A stretch of DNA of 64,000 nucleotides from Desulfomonilia bacterium. GTDB taxonomy: Bacteria > Desulfobacterota > Desulfomonilia > UBA1062. Every line of letters begins with the position of its first letter. The stretch's first letter is position 1. Positions 41,969 to 51,195 of this stretch are shown here, in pieces. A model generated the notes under the pieces. It was given only the letters and a program-made list of their open reading frames with translations. It was not told the origin of the DNA and made no database searches. The DNA lies in NCBI GenBank assembly GCA_050014195.1, contig JBEKDT010000003.1, forward strand, positions 96,001 through 160,000. Reading direction: 5' to 3'. A program made the translations under genes and the position numbers.

Positions 41969-41994
41969 GGTTTTGTCTACCTGCGGCTTTTTTT
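41955..41994 (+). terminator. Attenuator terminator
   Basis: GCCGTAGGTAGAC / GTCTACCTGCGGC 13-bp stem, 7-nt loop, U7 tail, about 70 nt upstream of the operon start. Confidence 0.88.
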
Positions 41995-42063
41995 ATTTTA
42001 GGGATATGAAGATCCCATCACAGGTGTGGTGGACAGTAAAATAAAGATAGGGGAGGAATTGAA

Positions 42064-43272
42064 ATGAAGAGGAGAATGAGAAATGCATTGATCATGGGAG
42101 GTATGCTGCTTGTTACCTGTATGCTTACAGCACCGGTAATCTATGCCAAGGACATCAAGGTGGGCGCTGCCATCAACCTCACCGGCCCGGCATCCACCTG
42201 GGGCCAGTACCATGCCAAGGGACAGCAGGACTACTTCAAGTATGTCAACGAGGTCAAGGGTGGGGTCAAGGGCAACAAGATCCAGATGATCACGGTTGAT
42301 ACCGCATATAAGGCGCCCGAGGCCGTAGCTGCGGTAAGGAAGTTCGCCATGCAGGACAAAGTGGACATGATCGCCACCTGGAGCGCAGGAGAAGGCATCC
42401 AGGCAAAGCCTCTGCTCCAGCAGTTCAAGATCCCAGCCATCAACTACTCCACGGCCTGGGAGATCCTCCAGCCGCCTGTTGACTATATGTACCTGCCTTT
42501 CGGCAACTACAAGCTCGACTGCCAGGTGGTCATGGAATATATTGCTGCCGTGCATAAAGGCCCCGGTGCACCGAAGGTCGGCCTGCTTACTTACAACAAC
42601 CCCTACGGCCGCTCCATTCACGAGCCGAGCAGGGAATACGCCAAGGGTAAGAACATAGACTTGGTCACCATCGAGGAGTTCCCGCCACAGACGGTGGACC
42701 TCACCACCGAGCTCTTGCGGCTCAAGCAGAAAGGCGCTCAGTATGTGTTCATACAGATGCTGCCTGCTGCCATTATCAGCACGCTCAAGAGCGCAGACCG
42801 CATCGGTTACAACCCCGTCTTCATCGGCACCTGGACTTCAACCGACCCCGATTTTTTTAAAAACGGCAAAGGCCTCATCCGCGATCGCGTGAAGATGCAG
42901 TTCTGCGGCGGCCTGCCATCGGACAAGGCCCCGGGCATGAAGATCATGGAGGAGCTCTGGAAGCGATATAAGAGCGTCGAGTCCTTTGATACCGCCTACT
43001 GGGAGGGCGTGGTCGTGGGCATGATCATGGAGAAGGCCTTCATCAGGGCCCAGGAGAAGTTCGGACAAATCACACCCGAGAACATCAACAAGGCCCTCGA
43101 GACATTCAATAACGAGGACTTCGGCGGTCTGGTCCCCAATATTACCTATACCAAGGAAGACCACGGTGCATCCTTCACGGGCCGTATCGTCCAGATACAT
43201 GAGAACGGCACATTCACCCCGTTGACCAACTTCTTCACACCCGGCAAGGACAAGATCCAGATACTGAAGTAG
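42064..43272 (+). CDS. Liv/HAAT-family ABC substrate-binding protein
   Basis: Signal peptide, IKVGA..NLTGP, YVNEVKGGV.G.KI, D..Y; periplasmic binding protein type 1. Confidence 0.9.
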   Translation: MKRRMRNALIMGGMLLVTCMLTAPVIYAKDIKVGAAINLTGPASTWGQYHAKGQQDYFKYVNEVKGGVKGNKIQMITVDTAYKAPEAVAAVRKFAMQDKVDMIATWSAGEGIQAKPLLQQFKIPAINYSTAWEILQPPVDYMYLPFGNYKLDCQVVMEYIAAVHKGPGAPKVGLLTYNNPYGRSIHEPSREYAKGKNIDLVTIEEFPPQTVDLTTELLRLKQKGAQYVFIQMLPAAIISTLKSADRIGYNPVFIGTWTSTDPDFFKNGKGLIRDRVKMQFCGGLPSDKAPGMKIMEELWKRYKSVESFDTAYWEGVVVGMIMEKAFIRAQEKFGQITPENINKALETFNNEDFGGLVPNITYTKEDHGASFTGRIVQIHENGTFTPLTNFFTPGKDKIQILK

Positions 43273-43285
43273 CAAAGGATAACGA

Positions 43286-44137
43286 GTGAGGGCATTTCGA
43301 GGGCATCCACGAATATTCTCCACCGAACTGATGGCGCTCAGGCAGGCCGAGCTGGAAGTCAAAGGCCTGTCTCTCGCCTTCGGCGGCATCCAGGCCGTCA
43401 AGAATGTGGACCTGTCCGTCCACACCGGCGAACTCGTGGCCGTCATCGGGCCCAACGGCGCAGGTAAGACCAGCCTTCTGAACTGCATCACCGGATACTA
43501 CAAGGCAACCTCAGGTGACATCATCTTCAATGGCCGAAGCATCGTGCGCATGCATACACACAAGCTCACCTCGCTGGGCATCGGCAGGACCTTCCAGAAC
43601 ATCGAGCTCTTCCCGGGCATGACCGTTCTCCAGAACATGCTGCTGGCCCGCCACACCCGCTCCTCCTATAACTTCGGCCTGGCGTGCCTGTATTCCCCTT
43701 CAGTCAAAAAAGAAGAGATCGCTCACCATGAGATATTGGAAGAGATCATCGATTTCCTTGAGATGCAGTCCATACGCAAGGAGCTCGTAGGATCACTGCC
43801 CTATGGCCTTCGCAAGCGGGTGGAGCTCGGCAGGGCCCTTGCCTCGGAGCCCAGCCTGCTCGTGCTGGACGAACCCTTTGCCGGCATGACCCTGGAAGAA
43901 AAGGAAGACATGGTACGCTTCCTGCTGGAACTGCACGACGGCTGGGGCCAGACCATGATCCTGGTGGAGCACGACATGTCCATCGTCATGAGCATATCCG
44001 AGCGGGTCATTGTGCTCAACTTCGGGGAGAAGCTTGCCGAGGGCCTGCCGGAGGAAATCCAGGACCACCCCGAGGTCATCAAGGCCTACCTCGGAGACAC
44101 CACGGACCTTGGCTTGAGCATACAGGAAAGGGCATAG
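43286..44137 (+). CDS. ABC ATP-binding protein (LivG-like); start may be ATG 43331
   Basis: GPNGAGKT, RTFQN, LPYG, LDEP, VEHDM, AYLG. Confidence 0.92.
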   Translation: MRAFRGHPRIFSTELMALRQAELEVKGLSLAFGGIQAVKNVDLSVHTGELVAVIGPNGAGKTSLLNCITGYYKATSGDIIFNGRSIVRMHTHKLTSLGIGRTFQNIELFPGMTVLQNMLLARHTRSSYNFGLACLYSPSVKKEEIAHHEILEEIIDFLEMQSIRKELVGSLPYGLRKRVELGRALASEPSLLVLDEPFAGMTLEEKEDMVRFLLELHDGWGQTMILVEHDMSIVMSISERVIVLNFGEKLAEGLPEEIQDHPEVIKAYLGDTTDLGLSIQERA

Positions 44138-44146
44138 GGGTAGAGC

Positions 44147-46096
44147 ATGGGCGAAGGAAACTCTTCCAGGAAGGTCAGCACCGAGCATCTCGAAGAATTG
44201 GCCGAGGGCACCCTGCCCCAGGCCCTTGCAAAGCAGGCCGAGCTTTTTGGTAACAAGCATCTCGCCATCCGAGAGAAGGCCTACGGCATCTGGCAGACCT
44301 ACACGTGGGAAGACTACCTGTCGTATGTGAAATACACCGGGCTTGGGCTCAAGGCCTTGGGGCTTGGCCGTCACGACCACGTGGGCATCATCATGAACAA
44401 CCACCCCGAGTGGCTGTTCACCCAGCTTGGCTCCCAGGCCTTCGGCGCTGTTACATTAAACCTATTCACCTCGGCCATTGCAAACGAATTGGCCTCTGCC
44501 CTGAACCGCATCCAGGCGAGCTTCGTCATCGTGCAGGACCAAGAACAGGTGGACAAGCTCCTGGAGCAGATGGGCAAACTCACCCACCTTAAGTTCATCA
44601 TCTACGTGGACCCCACGGGTATGAGGGGTTATGCGAGCAACAAGATCCTCATGAGCTATAAAGACCTGCTGGACCTCGGCAGGAAGCATGAGGCCAGGCA
44701 CCCGGGTCTTTTTGCCGAGGAACTTTCCAAGGGCAAGGTGGGGGATGTTGCCCATATGATCCTGACATCGGGCACCACGGGCATATCCAAGCTCGCCATG
44801 CTCAGCCACAAGAACTATGCGGACATGGGAACGAAGTGGACCTTGTCTTCTCCGGTCTATATCGGGGCCAACTGGCTTTCCATGACCCCTCCAGCCTGGA
44901 TCGTGGACCAGATGTGGGGTTTCGGCGTGGCGCTCTTAGGCGGCATGACCATGAACTTCCCCGAGACGCCCGAGACCGTGACCGCCGACTTCCGCGAGAT
45001 CGGGCCGAGTCTGCTCATTTCTTCCTCACGCTTCTGGGAGGACCTAGCCTCAAAGATCAGGGTCAAGATAGATGATGCAGGGCCCATCAACCGGGCCTTC
45101 TTTGCGTTTGCCGAGCGTATCGGCTTTGCCTCTATCGACCGGAAATCATCCAAAAAGCCCATCCCTTTTGGCCTACGGCTCCTGCATGGCCTGGCCAAGA
45201 CTTTTGTGTTCAATCACCTGATGGACCGTGTGGGCTGCTCACAGTTCATCAGCGCATACACCGGGGGCCATCCCATCAGTCCAGATGTAATCCGTTTTTT
45301 CAGGGCCTGCGGATTGAACCTCAAGCAGTGCTACGGCCTTACAGAGACCTGCGGAATCTTCCAGGTGCAGCCCGATGACGAGGTGAAGCCCGAGACCGTA
45401 GGCAAGCCGCTGCCCGGCACCCAAGTGAAACTGTCCAAGGACCAGGAGGTCATGGTTCTCTCCGGCTCGATCTTTGAAGGATACTACAATGACTATGAAT
45501 CCACCCAAAAGGCCTTTGAAGACGGGTGGTTTTTGACCGGCGATGCAGGCTACTTCGACGATGACGGACACCTCATCATCATCGGGAGAAAGCAGGACAT
45601 CATCCGCGACAAGGAAGGCAACGCATTCTCCCCTGACTTCATTGAGACCAGGCTTAAATTCTCTTTATATATAAAGGAAGCGGTCATCTTCGGTGAAGGC
45701 CGCCCCTTCATTACGGCGCTCATCAACATCGATATGGGTAACGTGGGCAACTGGGCCGAGGACCGCATGATCCCCTATACGACGTATACCGATCTCTCTC
45801 AAAGGCCCGAAGTGGAACAACTGATCCTTGAAGAGGTGAAAAAGGTCAACACCGAGCTGCCGGGGCCCATGAAGATCAAGCGGTTCATCCTGCTCTACAA
45901 GCTGCTGGATGCCGACGATGAGGAGCTCACCCGAACGGGTAAGGTGAGGAGGCGTTTCGTCTATGGCCTTTATCTACCCATGATCGAGGCCATGTACTCG
46001 GAACTCAAGGAGCTCCCGGTAAAGGGCAAGGTCCGCTACCGTGACGGCCAGGTGGGCATGATCGAAACTATAGCCCACGTGATTACCCTTAGCTGA
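44147..46096 (+). CDS. AMP-binding acyl-CoA synthetase (long-chain ligase-like) embedded in the ABC operon
   Basis: TSGTTG..K, YGLTE, TGDAG, ELTRTGKVRR. Confidence 0.9.
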   Translation: MGEGNSSRKVSTEHLEELAEGTLPQALAKQAELFGNKHLAIREKAYGIWQTYTWEDYLSYVKYTGLGLKALGLGRHDHVGIIMNNHPEWLFTQLGSQAFGAVTLNLFTSAIANELASALNRIQASFVIVQDQEQVDKLLEQMGKLTHLKFIIYVDPTGMRGYASNKILMSYKDLLDLGRKHEARHPGLFAEELSKGKVGDVAHMILTSGTTGISKLAMLSHKNYADMGTKWTLSSPVYIGANWLSMTPPAWIVDQMWGFGVALLGGMTMNFPETPETVTADFREIGPSLLISSSRFWEDLASKIRVKIDDAGPINRAFFAFAERIGFASIDRKSSKKPIPFGLRLLHGLAKTFVFNHLMDRVGCSQFISAYTGGHPISPDVIRFFRACGLNLKQCYGLTETCGIFQVQPDDEVKPETVGKPLPGTQVKLSKDQEVMVLSGSIFEGYYNDYESTQKAFEDGWFLTGDAGYFDDDGHLIIIGRKQDIIRDKEGNAFSPDFIETRLKFSLYIKEAVIFGEGRPFITALINIDMGNVGNWAEDRMIPYTTYTDLSQRPEVEQLILEEVKKVNTELPGPMKIKRFILLYKLLDADDEELTRTGKVRRRFVYGLYLPMIEAMYSELKELPVKGKVRYRDGQVGMIETIAHVITLS

Positions 46097-46113
46097 GGTA
46101 TTGGAGATACGGC

Positions 46114-46992
46114 ATGGAATTTTTCTTTCAGCTTCTCATCAACGGCTTAAGCATCGGTCTTCTCTACGGACTGTCCGCCCTGGGCTTTGTCATGATCTTC
46201 AAGTCGTCATCCGTGCTGAATTTTGCCCATGGCCAACTGCTTGCCATAGGGGCCTTCATGTTCCTGGTCCTGGTATCCTGGGCCAAGGTCCCGGTGATCC
46301 TTGCCTTCCTCCTCACGCTGGCCCTCAGCTTTGTGCTCGGTTTTGTAGTGGAGCGTATCTTCCTCAGGCCTTTGATCGGGGAGTCCCTCATCTTTGTCAT
46401 CATGCTCACCGTAGGCCTGGCATCCATGTTCAAGGGCCTGCTCCTGTTCTTCTTCGGCGGCAACCTCCAGACATACCCCGACTTTCTGCCGCAGGGCCTT
46501 GCCATTACCCTAGGCAACATCTATATCCCGCCGGTATATGTGGCATCCTCGCTCCTGGGGGGTGTCTTCCTGTTACTCTTCGGGCTCTTCTTCAAGTACT
46601 CTTCCCAGGGCATCTACATGCGCTCGGTGGCCGACAATCAGACGGCAGCCCTGTCGCTGGGGGTCCACGTGAAGAAGGTCTTTGCCCTTTCCTGGGCCAT
46701 TGCCGCAATGGTGGCAGGCATGAGCGGCATCGTGCTGGGGATCATCAACGGCATTAATGTTCATGAAATAAGCTCGATCGGTCTAAAGGTCTTCCCGGTG
46801 GTGATCCTGGGCGGGCTGGACAGCATCGGCGGGGCCATCATCGGCGGCATCATCATCGGACTGCTGGAGACCTTCACCTCCGGGTACATCTCTCCATCAC
46901 TACGCGATGTGATCCCGTATATCGTCCTGGTGTTCATCCTGCTCGTGAAGCCGTACGGCCTCTTCGGGCTTGTTGAGATCGAGAGGGTGTAG
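46114..46992 (+). CDS. ABC permease (LivH-like)
   Basis: NGLSIG..Y.L.ALGF, NFAHG, ILGGLDS, KPYGLFG. Confidence 0.92.
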   Translation: MEFFFQLLINGLSIGLLYGLSALGFVMIFKSSSVLNFAHGQLLAIGAFMFLVLVSWAKVPVILAFLLTLALSFVLGFVVERIFLRPLIGESLIFVIMLTVGLASMFKGLLLFFFGGNLQTYPDFLPQGLAITLGNIYIPPVYVASSLLGGVFLLLFGLFFKYSSQGIYMRSVADNQTAALSLGVHVKKVFALSWAIAAMVAGMSGIVLGIINGINVHEISSIGLKVFPVVILGGLDSIGGAIIGGIIIGLLETFTSGYISPSLRDVIPYIVLVFILLVKPYGLFGLVEIERV

Positions 46993-47005
46993 GAGAGAAT
47001 CGACG

Positions 47006-48076
47006 ATGAAACGGCTGCAATTTCACCCCTGCGGGAACTACAAGGAACACTACGGGGCAGAACTCACCATCTTTGAGACCGACTTCGGAAGGATGTGGGC
47101 CTGCATCTCTCTGGTATTCCTCTTTGGCGTGGCTCCCTTCATCTGCAGCCCATACCTCCTCTATGTCCTGAACATCACCGGCATCACGGCCATCGCCGCC
47201 CTGGGCCTGAACATCCTTGTCGGGTTTACCGGCCAGATATCGCTGGGCCACGGGGCATTCTTCGGGGTCGGTGCATATGCCGGCGCCATCCTGGCCACCA
47301 CCGTGGGGCTGCCCTTCTGGGTGGCCGTGCCGGCTGCCGGGCTGGTCACGGCATTTGTGGGCATGATCTTCGGCATCCCATCAGGCAGGCTCAAGGGTCT
47401 ATACCTGACCATCGCAACCCTGGCGGGCCAGTTCATCATCGAATATATCCTGGTGCACTGGGACAGCCTCACCAAAGGGACCATGGGAATCATGCTGCCT
47501 ACAGCCTCGTTATTCGGCCTTGCCATTAACTCGGACATGCGATTTTTCTATGTGATTTCCATATGCCTGGTTTGTACCACCCTGGTTGCATCAAACCTCA
47601 TGCGCACACGGTACGGCAGGGCCTTCATCGCCATCAGGGACAATGACCGGGCGGCCGAGGGCATGGGTATACCCATCTTTTTCTACAAGCTCCTCTCCTT
47701 TGCCGTCAGCTCATTCTATGCAGGTTTTGCAGGCGCCCTCTGGGCATTCTACATGAAGAGTATCTCCACCGAACCCTTCACGCTGGGGTTGTCTGTCGAA
47801 TACCTTGCCATGGTCATCATCGGGGGGCTGGGCAGCATTCCCGGCTCCATCTTCGGTGCGGTGTTCATCACAGGCCTCAATGAGATCCTGCGCTTTGCCA
47901 CGGATGCCATGATGAACATCGGGGCTTTCCACGGCTTCGGATTAAACATGGCATCATTGCGCGAATTCGCCTTCGGGCTGGCCATTGTTCTGTTCATCCT
48001 CTTCGAGCCCAAGGGACTTGCCGAACTGTGGAGGATAGTGCGTTCCTCCTTCAGATTATGGCCGTTCTCATACTGA
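47006..48076 (+). CDS. ABC permease (LivM-like)
   Basis: GLNILVGFTGQISLGH, LKGLYLTIATL, IIGGLGS, EPKGL. Confidence 0.92.
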   Translation: MKRLQFHPCGNYKEHYGAELTIFETDFGRMWACISLVFLFGVAPFICSPYLLYVLNITGITAIAALGLNILVGFTGQISLGHGAFFGVGAYAGAILATTVGLPFWVAVPAAGLVTAFVGMIFGIPSGRLKGLYLTIATLAGQFIIEYILVHWDSLTKGTMGIMLPTASLFGLAINSDMRFFYVISICLVCTTLVASNLMRTRYGRAFIAIRDNDRAAEGMGIPIFFYKLLSFAVSSFYAGFAGALWAFYMKSISTEPFTLGLSVEYLAMVIIGGLGSIPGSIFGAVFITGLNEILRFATDAMMNIGAFHGFGLNMASLREFAFGLAIVLFILFEPKGLAELWRIVRSSFRLWPFSY

Positions 48077-48085
48077 GGTGACGAC

Positions 48086-48898
48086 ATGGAAGCCCTGAAC
48101 GCCGATACCCTGCTCCAGCTCAACAACATCAGCGTAGTCTATTCGGATGTCATCCAGGTCCTCAAGGGCGTATCCCTGCAGGTGCCGAGGGGCCGCATCA
48201 TCTCTCTCCTGGGCAGCAACGGCGCAGGCAAGACCACGACGCTCAAGGCCATCTCAGGTCTGCTCAAACCGGAAAACGGCAAGGTCACGGACGGCAATAT
48301 TATCTATGATGGCAAACATGTCCAGAATCTCTCACCCGAAGAGATCACCAGGCTCGGCATCATCCAGGTCCTCGAGGGCAGGCAGCCCTTCAAATACCTC
48401 ACTATCGAAGAAAACCTGAGGGTCGGTACAGCCACGCGCTGGACCAAGCCTTATAAAAAGGACCTAGAAATGGTCTACAATTATTTCCCGACCCTGGTGA
48501 AGCGCAGGAAGACTTTGGCCGGATACTGCAGCGGCGGCGAGCTTCAAATGGTTGTCATGGGCAGGGCCCTCATGGCCCACCCCAAGCTTCTCCTGCTGGA
48601 TGAGCCGTCACTCGGTCTTGCACCGCTGATTGTGAAAGAGATCTTCCGGATCATCAAGCGGATCAACGAGGAGCAGGGGACCACCATTATCCTGGTAGAG
48701 CAGAATGCCAATATGGCCCTGCAGATCGCCCATTTCGGATACGTCCTGGAAAACGGCCGTGTCGTGATGGAGGGCGAGGCGGGGCAGCTGAAGGAAAACC
48801 CGGATGTAAAGGAGTTCTACCTGGGTGTGAGCGCAGGCGGTGCAGCACGGTCGTATCGGGACGTAAAGTCATACAAGCGAAGGAAGAGGTGGTTGTAA
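48086..48898 (+). CDS. ABC ATP-binding protein (LivF-like)
   Basis: GSNGAGKTT, SGGE.QM, LDEPSLGLAP, VEQNA. Confidence 0.92.
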   Translation: MEALNADTLLQLNNISVVYSDVIQVLKGVSLQVPRGRIISLLGSNGAGKTTTLKAISGLLKPENGKVTDGNIIYDGKHVQNLSPEEITRLGIIQVLEGRQPFKYLTIEENLRVGTATRWTKPYKKDLEMVYNYFPTLVKRRKTLAGYCSGGELQMVVMGRALMAHPKLLLLDEPSLGLAPLIVKEIFRIIKRINEEQGTTIILVEQNANMALQIAHFGYVLENGRVVMEGEAGQLKENPDVKEFYLGVSAGGAARSYRDVKSYKRRKRWL

Positions 48899-49003
48899 AA
48901 CGCGGCTGGACGCTGGCCTGTTGGTTAAGGAAGAGAGATATATTCTCTTAACCTCGCACCTAACACCAAAAAGCACCATGCCTATTTTTTTAAGGAGGAT
49001 GTT

Positions 49004-50260
49004 GTGAGCAAGTATCTTGATGATCTCGAAACCATGTCCCGATCAGAGCGTCAGTCATATCAGGACAAGCGGCTGGCCGAAATGGTACGTACCGGCTTTG
49101 AGAGGTCTCCCAAGCTCAGGTCCGTCTTACAGGATCGCGGTTTGAAACCTGTAGATATCCAGACTGTACAGGACCTAGAGAAGCTCCCCATTATTTCGCG
49201 GGAACAGATTGTAGGTATCGAGGCTCAGAATCCTCCCTATGGCGGTCTTGCTGATCCTGATGCGCACATCGAGCGTATCTTCATCTCCCCTGGGCCGGTC
49301 TATGAACCTCATCTTGGCTCTGATGACCCGCTGTGGGCCAGGGCTTACAAGGCAGCCGGATTTACTAAAGGCGACACTGTCCTGAACGCCTTCTCTTACC
49401 ATATGGTGGCAGCCGGGCTCACATTTCATGGAGGACTCAACATGGTGGGCGCAACAGTGGTCCCCTCAGGCACCTCAACCTCCCAGCAGCAGGTGCAGCT
49501 CATCAAAGATTTGAATATCACCGGTTATACCGGAACGCCGAGCTTCCTCATGTCCATCATCGACAAAGCGCGAGAAATGGGGTTTGATTTCTCAAAAGAT
49601 TTCAAAGTCAAGCGTGCCAGCTTTGCTGCCGAACCGCTCCAGCCGTCCCTAAGGCAGCGGTTCGAGACCGAGTATGGCATTGACACCTTCCAGATGTACG
49701 GCGCCACAGAGGTCGGTGATGTGGCGTATGAGTGCTCTGAGAAAAAGGGCTGGCACCTGTGCGAGGAAGTGATTGTTGAGATCGTGGACCCTGCAACGGG
49801 TATGCATGTAAATCCTGGTGAACTGGGCGAAGTTGTTGTAACACGTCTGAATCACATATTTTTCTTGTTGCGCTTCGGCACCGGCGACCTTTCAAGCATC
49901 ATCGAAGAGCCCTGCCCCTGCGGCAGGACATCATTACGGCTCGCAGGTATTGCAGGAAGGGTGGGCGATGCCGTTAAGGTGCGGGGCATGTTCGTCGCCC
50001 CAAGCCAGGTGAAAAGGGTCTGTGAGGGCTTCGAAGGGATTGGGGTCCAACTCGTCATCACCCGCTCCGGCCACCGGGACATCCTGACCGCAAGGCTCGA
50101 CACCAGGGGTGTTGACAGAGACCGCCCTGCACTCCAGTTGCAGTTCGAAAAGGTCTTTCAGGAAATCTGCACTGTCAAGGTCGATGCTGTTGAGTTCCTT
50201 GAACCAAGAAGCCTTAAGGATGACGCCAAACTGTTGGTTGATGAGAGGACGTGGAACTAA
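49004..50260 (+). CDS. paaK: Phenylacetate--CoA ligase family protein
   Basis: DLEKLP, YTGTPS, YGATEVG, EIVDP, RFGTGD, CPCGR, GR..D.VKVRG; AAGGAGG SD before GTG. Confidence 0.8.
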   Translation: MSKYLDDLETMSRSERQSYQDKRLAEMVRTGFERSPKLRSVLQDRGLKPVDIQTVQDLEKLPIISREQIVGIEAQNPPYGGLADPDAHIERIFISPGPVYEPHLGSDDPLWARAYKAAGFTKGDTVLNAFSYHMVAAGLTFHGGLNMVGATVVPSGTSTSQQQVQLIKDLNITGYTGTPSFLMSIIDKAREMGFDFSKDFKVKRASFAAEPLQPSLRQRFETEYGIDTFQMYGATEVGDVAYECSEKKGWHLCEEVIVEIVDPATGMHVNPGELGEVVVTRLNHIFFLLRFGTGDLSSIIEEPCPCGRTSLRLAGIAGRVGDAVKVRGMFVAPSQVKRVCEGFEGIGVQLVITRSGHRDILTARLDTRGVDRDRPALQLQFEKVFQEICTVKVDAVEFLEPRSLKDDAKLLVDERTWN

Positions 50261-50312
50261 TCCATTGTACGAGAGATACTAATATCTGGTTTACCATGTA
50301 CTCATTTTCTTA

Positions 50313-50573
50313 TCATTGTTTAATTTGTGCATTCATTTCCATTGTTGTTGGACTAGTGAGATGAAAATCCTTTGATATTGTGTAGTAATGAAGGACGCTA
50401 TTTTGCAGGAGGATCAAATTACATTTATTATATAAATCGTCCATAATCAGCACAGACATCTTTTTCCCTGCCTGTTTCGCTTCTTCTCGGAAATCAGCAA
50501 TCAATTCCATCATCTCAAGGATGGTTATTTCCTGATATTCACATAATCTGTTCCAGAATTTTTTCTCTTTCAT
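50313..50573 (-). CDS. Hypothetical protein in AT-rich islet
   Basis: 86-aa ORF, low GC, no recognisable motif. Confidence 0.5.
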   Translation of the reverse strand: MKEKKFWNRLCEYQEITILEMMELIADFREEAKQAGKKMSVLIMDDLYNKCNLILLQNSVLHYYTISKDFHLTSPTTMEMNAQIKQ

Positions 50574-50650
50574 GAAGCATCCTTGGCTATGCAATTAAAG
50601 ATAATAATGTAATAGAAGGAAACAACTGTCGATAATGAAAGATGGGTTAT

Positions 50651-50677
50651 ATATTAGTGATCTATTATCACTAATAT
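50651..50677. repeat. Perfect 11-bp inverted repeat with 5-nt spacer
   Basis: ATATTAGTGAT-CTATT-ATCACTAATAT. Confidence 0.7.
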
Positions 50678-50702
50678 TGAGAAGGCCTCTCCTATCCTAA
50701 TG

Positions 50703-50942
50703 TTAATCTTCTTTCTTAATCGCTTTCAATTTGAGAAGGTCGATATCCGTCATGGGTTGATACTTTTTAATTAAGCCGCCGATTGCCTCATTCACAAGGA
50801 GTGACAGTTCTTTTCCCGTCAAAGCAGAAAGGACTGTAAGGGCCTTCGCGTATCGCTCCTCGATGTAGTAGTTTCTCTTAATGAGCTTAACATTTTTATC
50901 ACCACTTCTCAGTTCTAGCGGTTTCCTTCCTCTTACACTCAT
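50703..50942 (-). CDS. Small ribbon-helix-helix-like DNA-binding protein
   Basis: KRNYYI (strand)-EERYAKALTVLSALTG (helix)-KELSLLVNEAI (helix); GAGGG SD. Confidence 0.6.
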   Translation of the reverse strand: MSVRGRKPLELRSGDKNVKLIKRNYYIEERYAKALTVLSALTGKELSLLVNEAIGGLIKKYQPMTDIDLLKLKAIKKED

Positions 50943-51195
50943 ATTTCCCTCACTATTTAATTTGTGTATTCATTTCTATTATGATTGTGCTTCTTCCTGG
51001 ATATTTTCAATCGGTTTGATCGTCTAAACTATATCAATTTATTAACATAAACATATTTGTTCCAGAGTTTTTCTACTACAACTAATCCTTATTTTCACAT
51101 ATTATGCCTAAATATACTTGCATTCAATATACAGCAAGTTTTTTTCTTCAGGATCATTAAGAATATTGGTTTCTATTTATATCTAAACTCCTTTT

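Noticed and set aside
41775-42063. T-box or metabolite riboswitch, or simply the terminator of the upstream radical SAM gene
   Set aside because: No T-box sequence or known aptamer is present. The terminator is about 180 nt past the upstream stop, and a Phe-rich ORF plus a competing helix explain it better as an attenuator.
51040-51067. Possible dif site (minus strand TTATGTTAATA resembles the XerD arm)
   Set aside because: The matching XerC arm (CTCTGGAACAA) is a poor fit, and such a match is expected by chance in AT-rich DNA.
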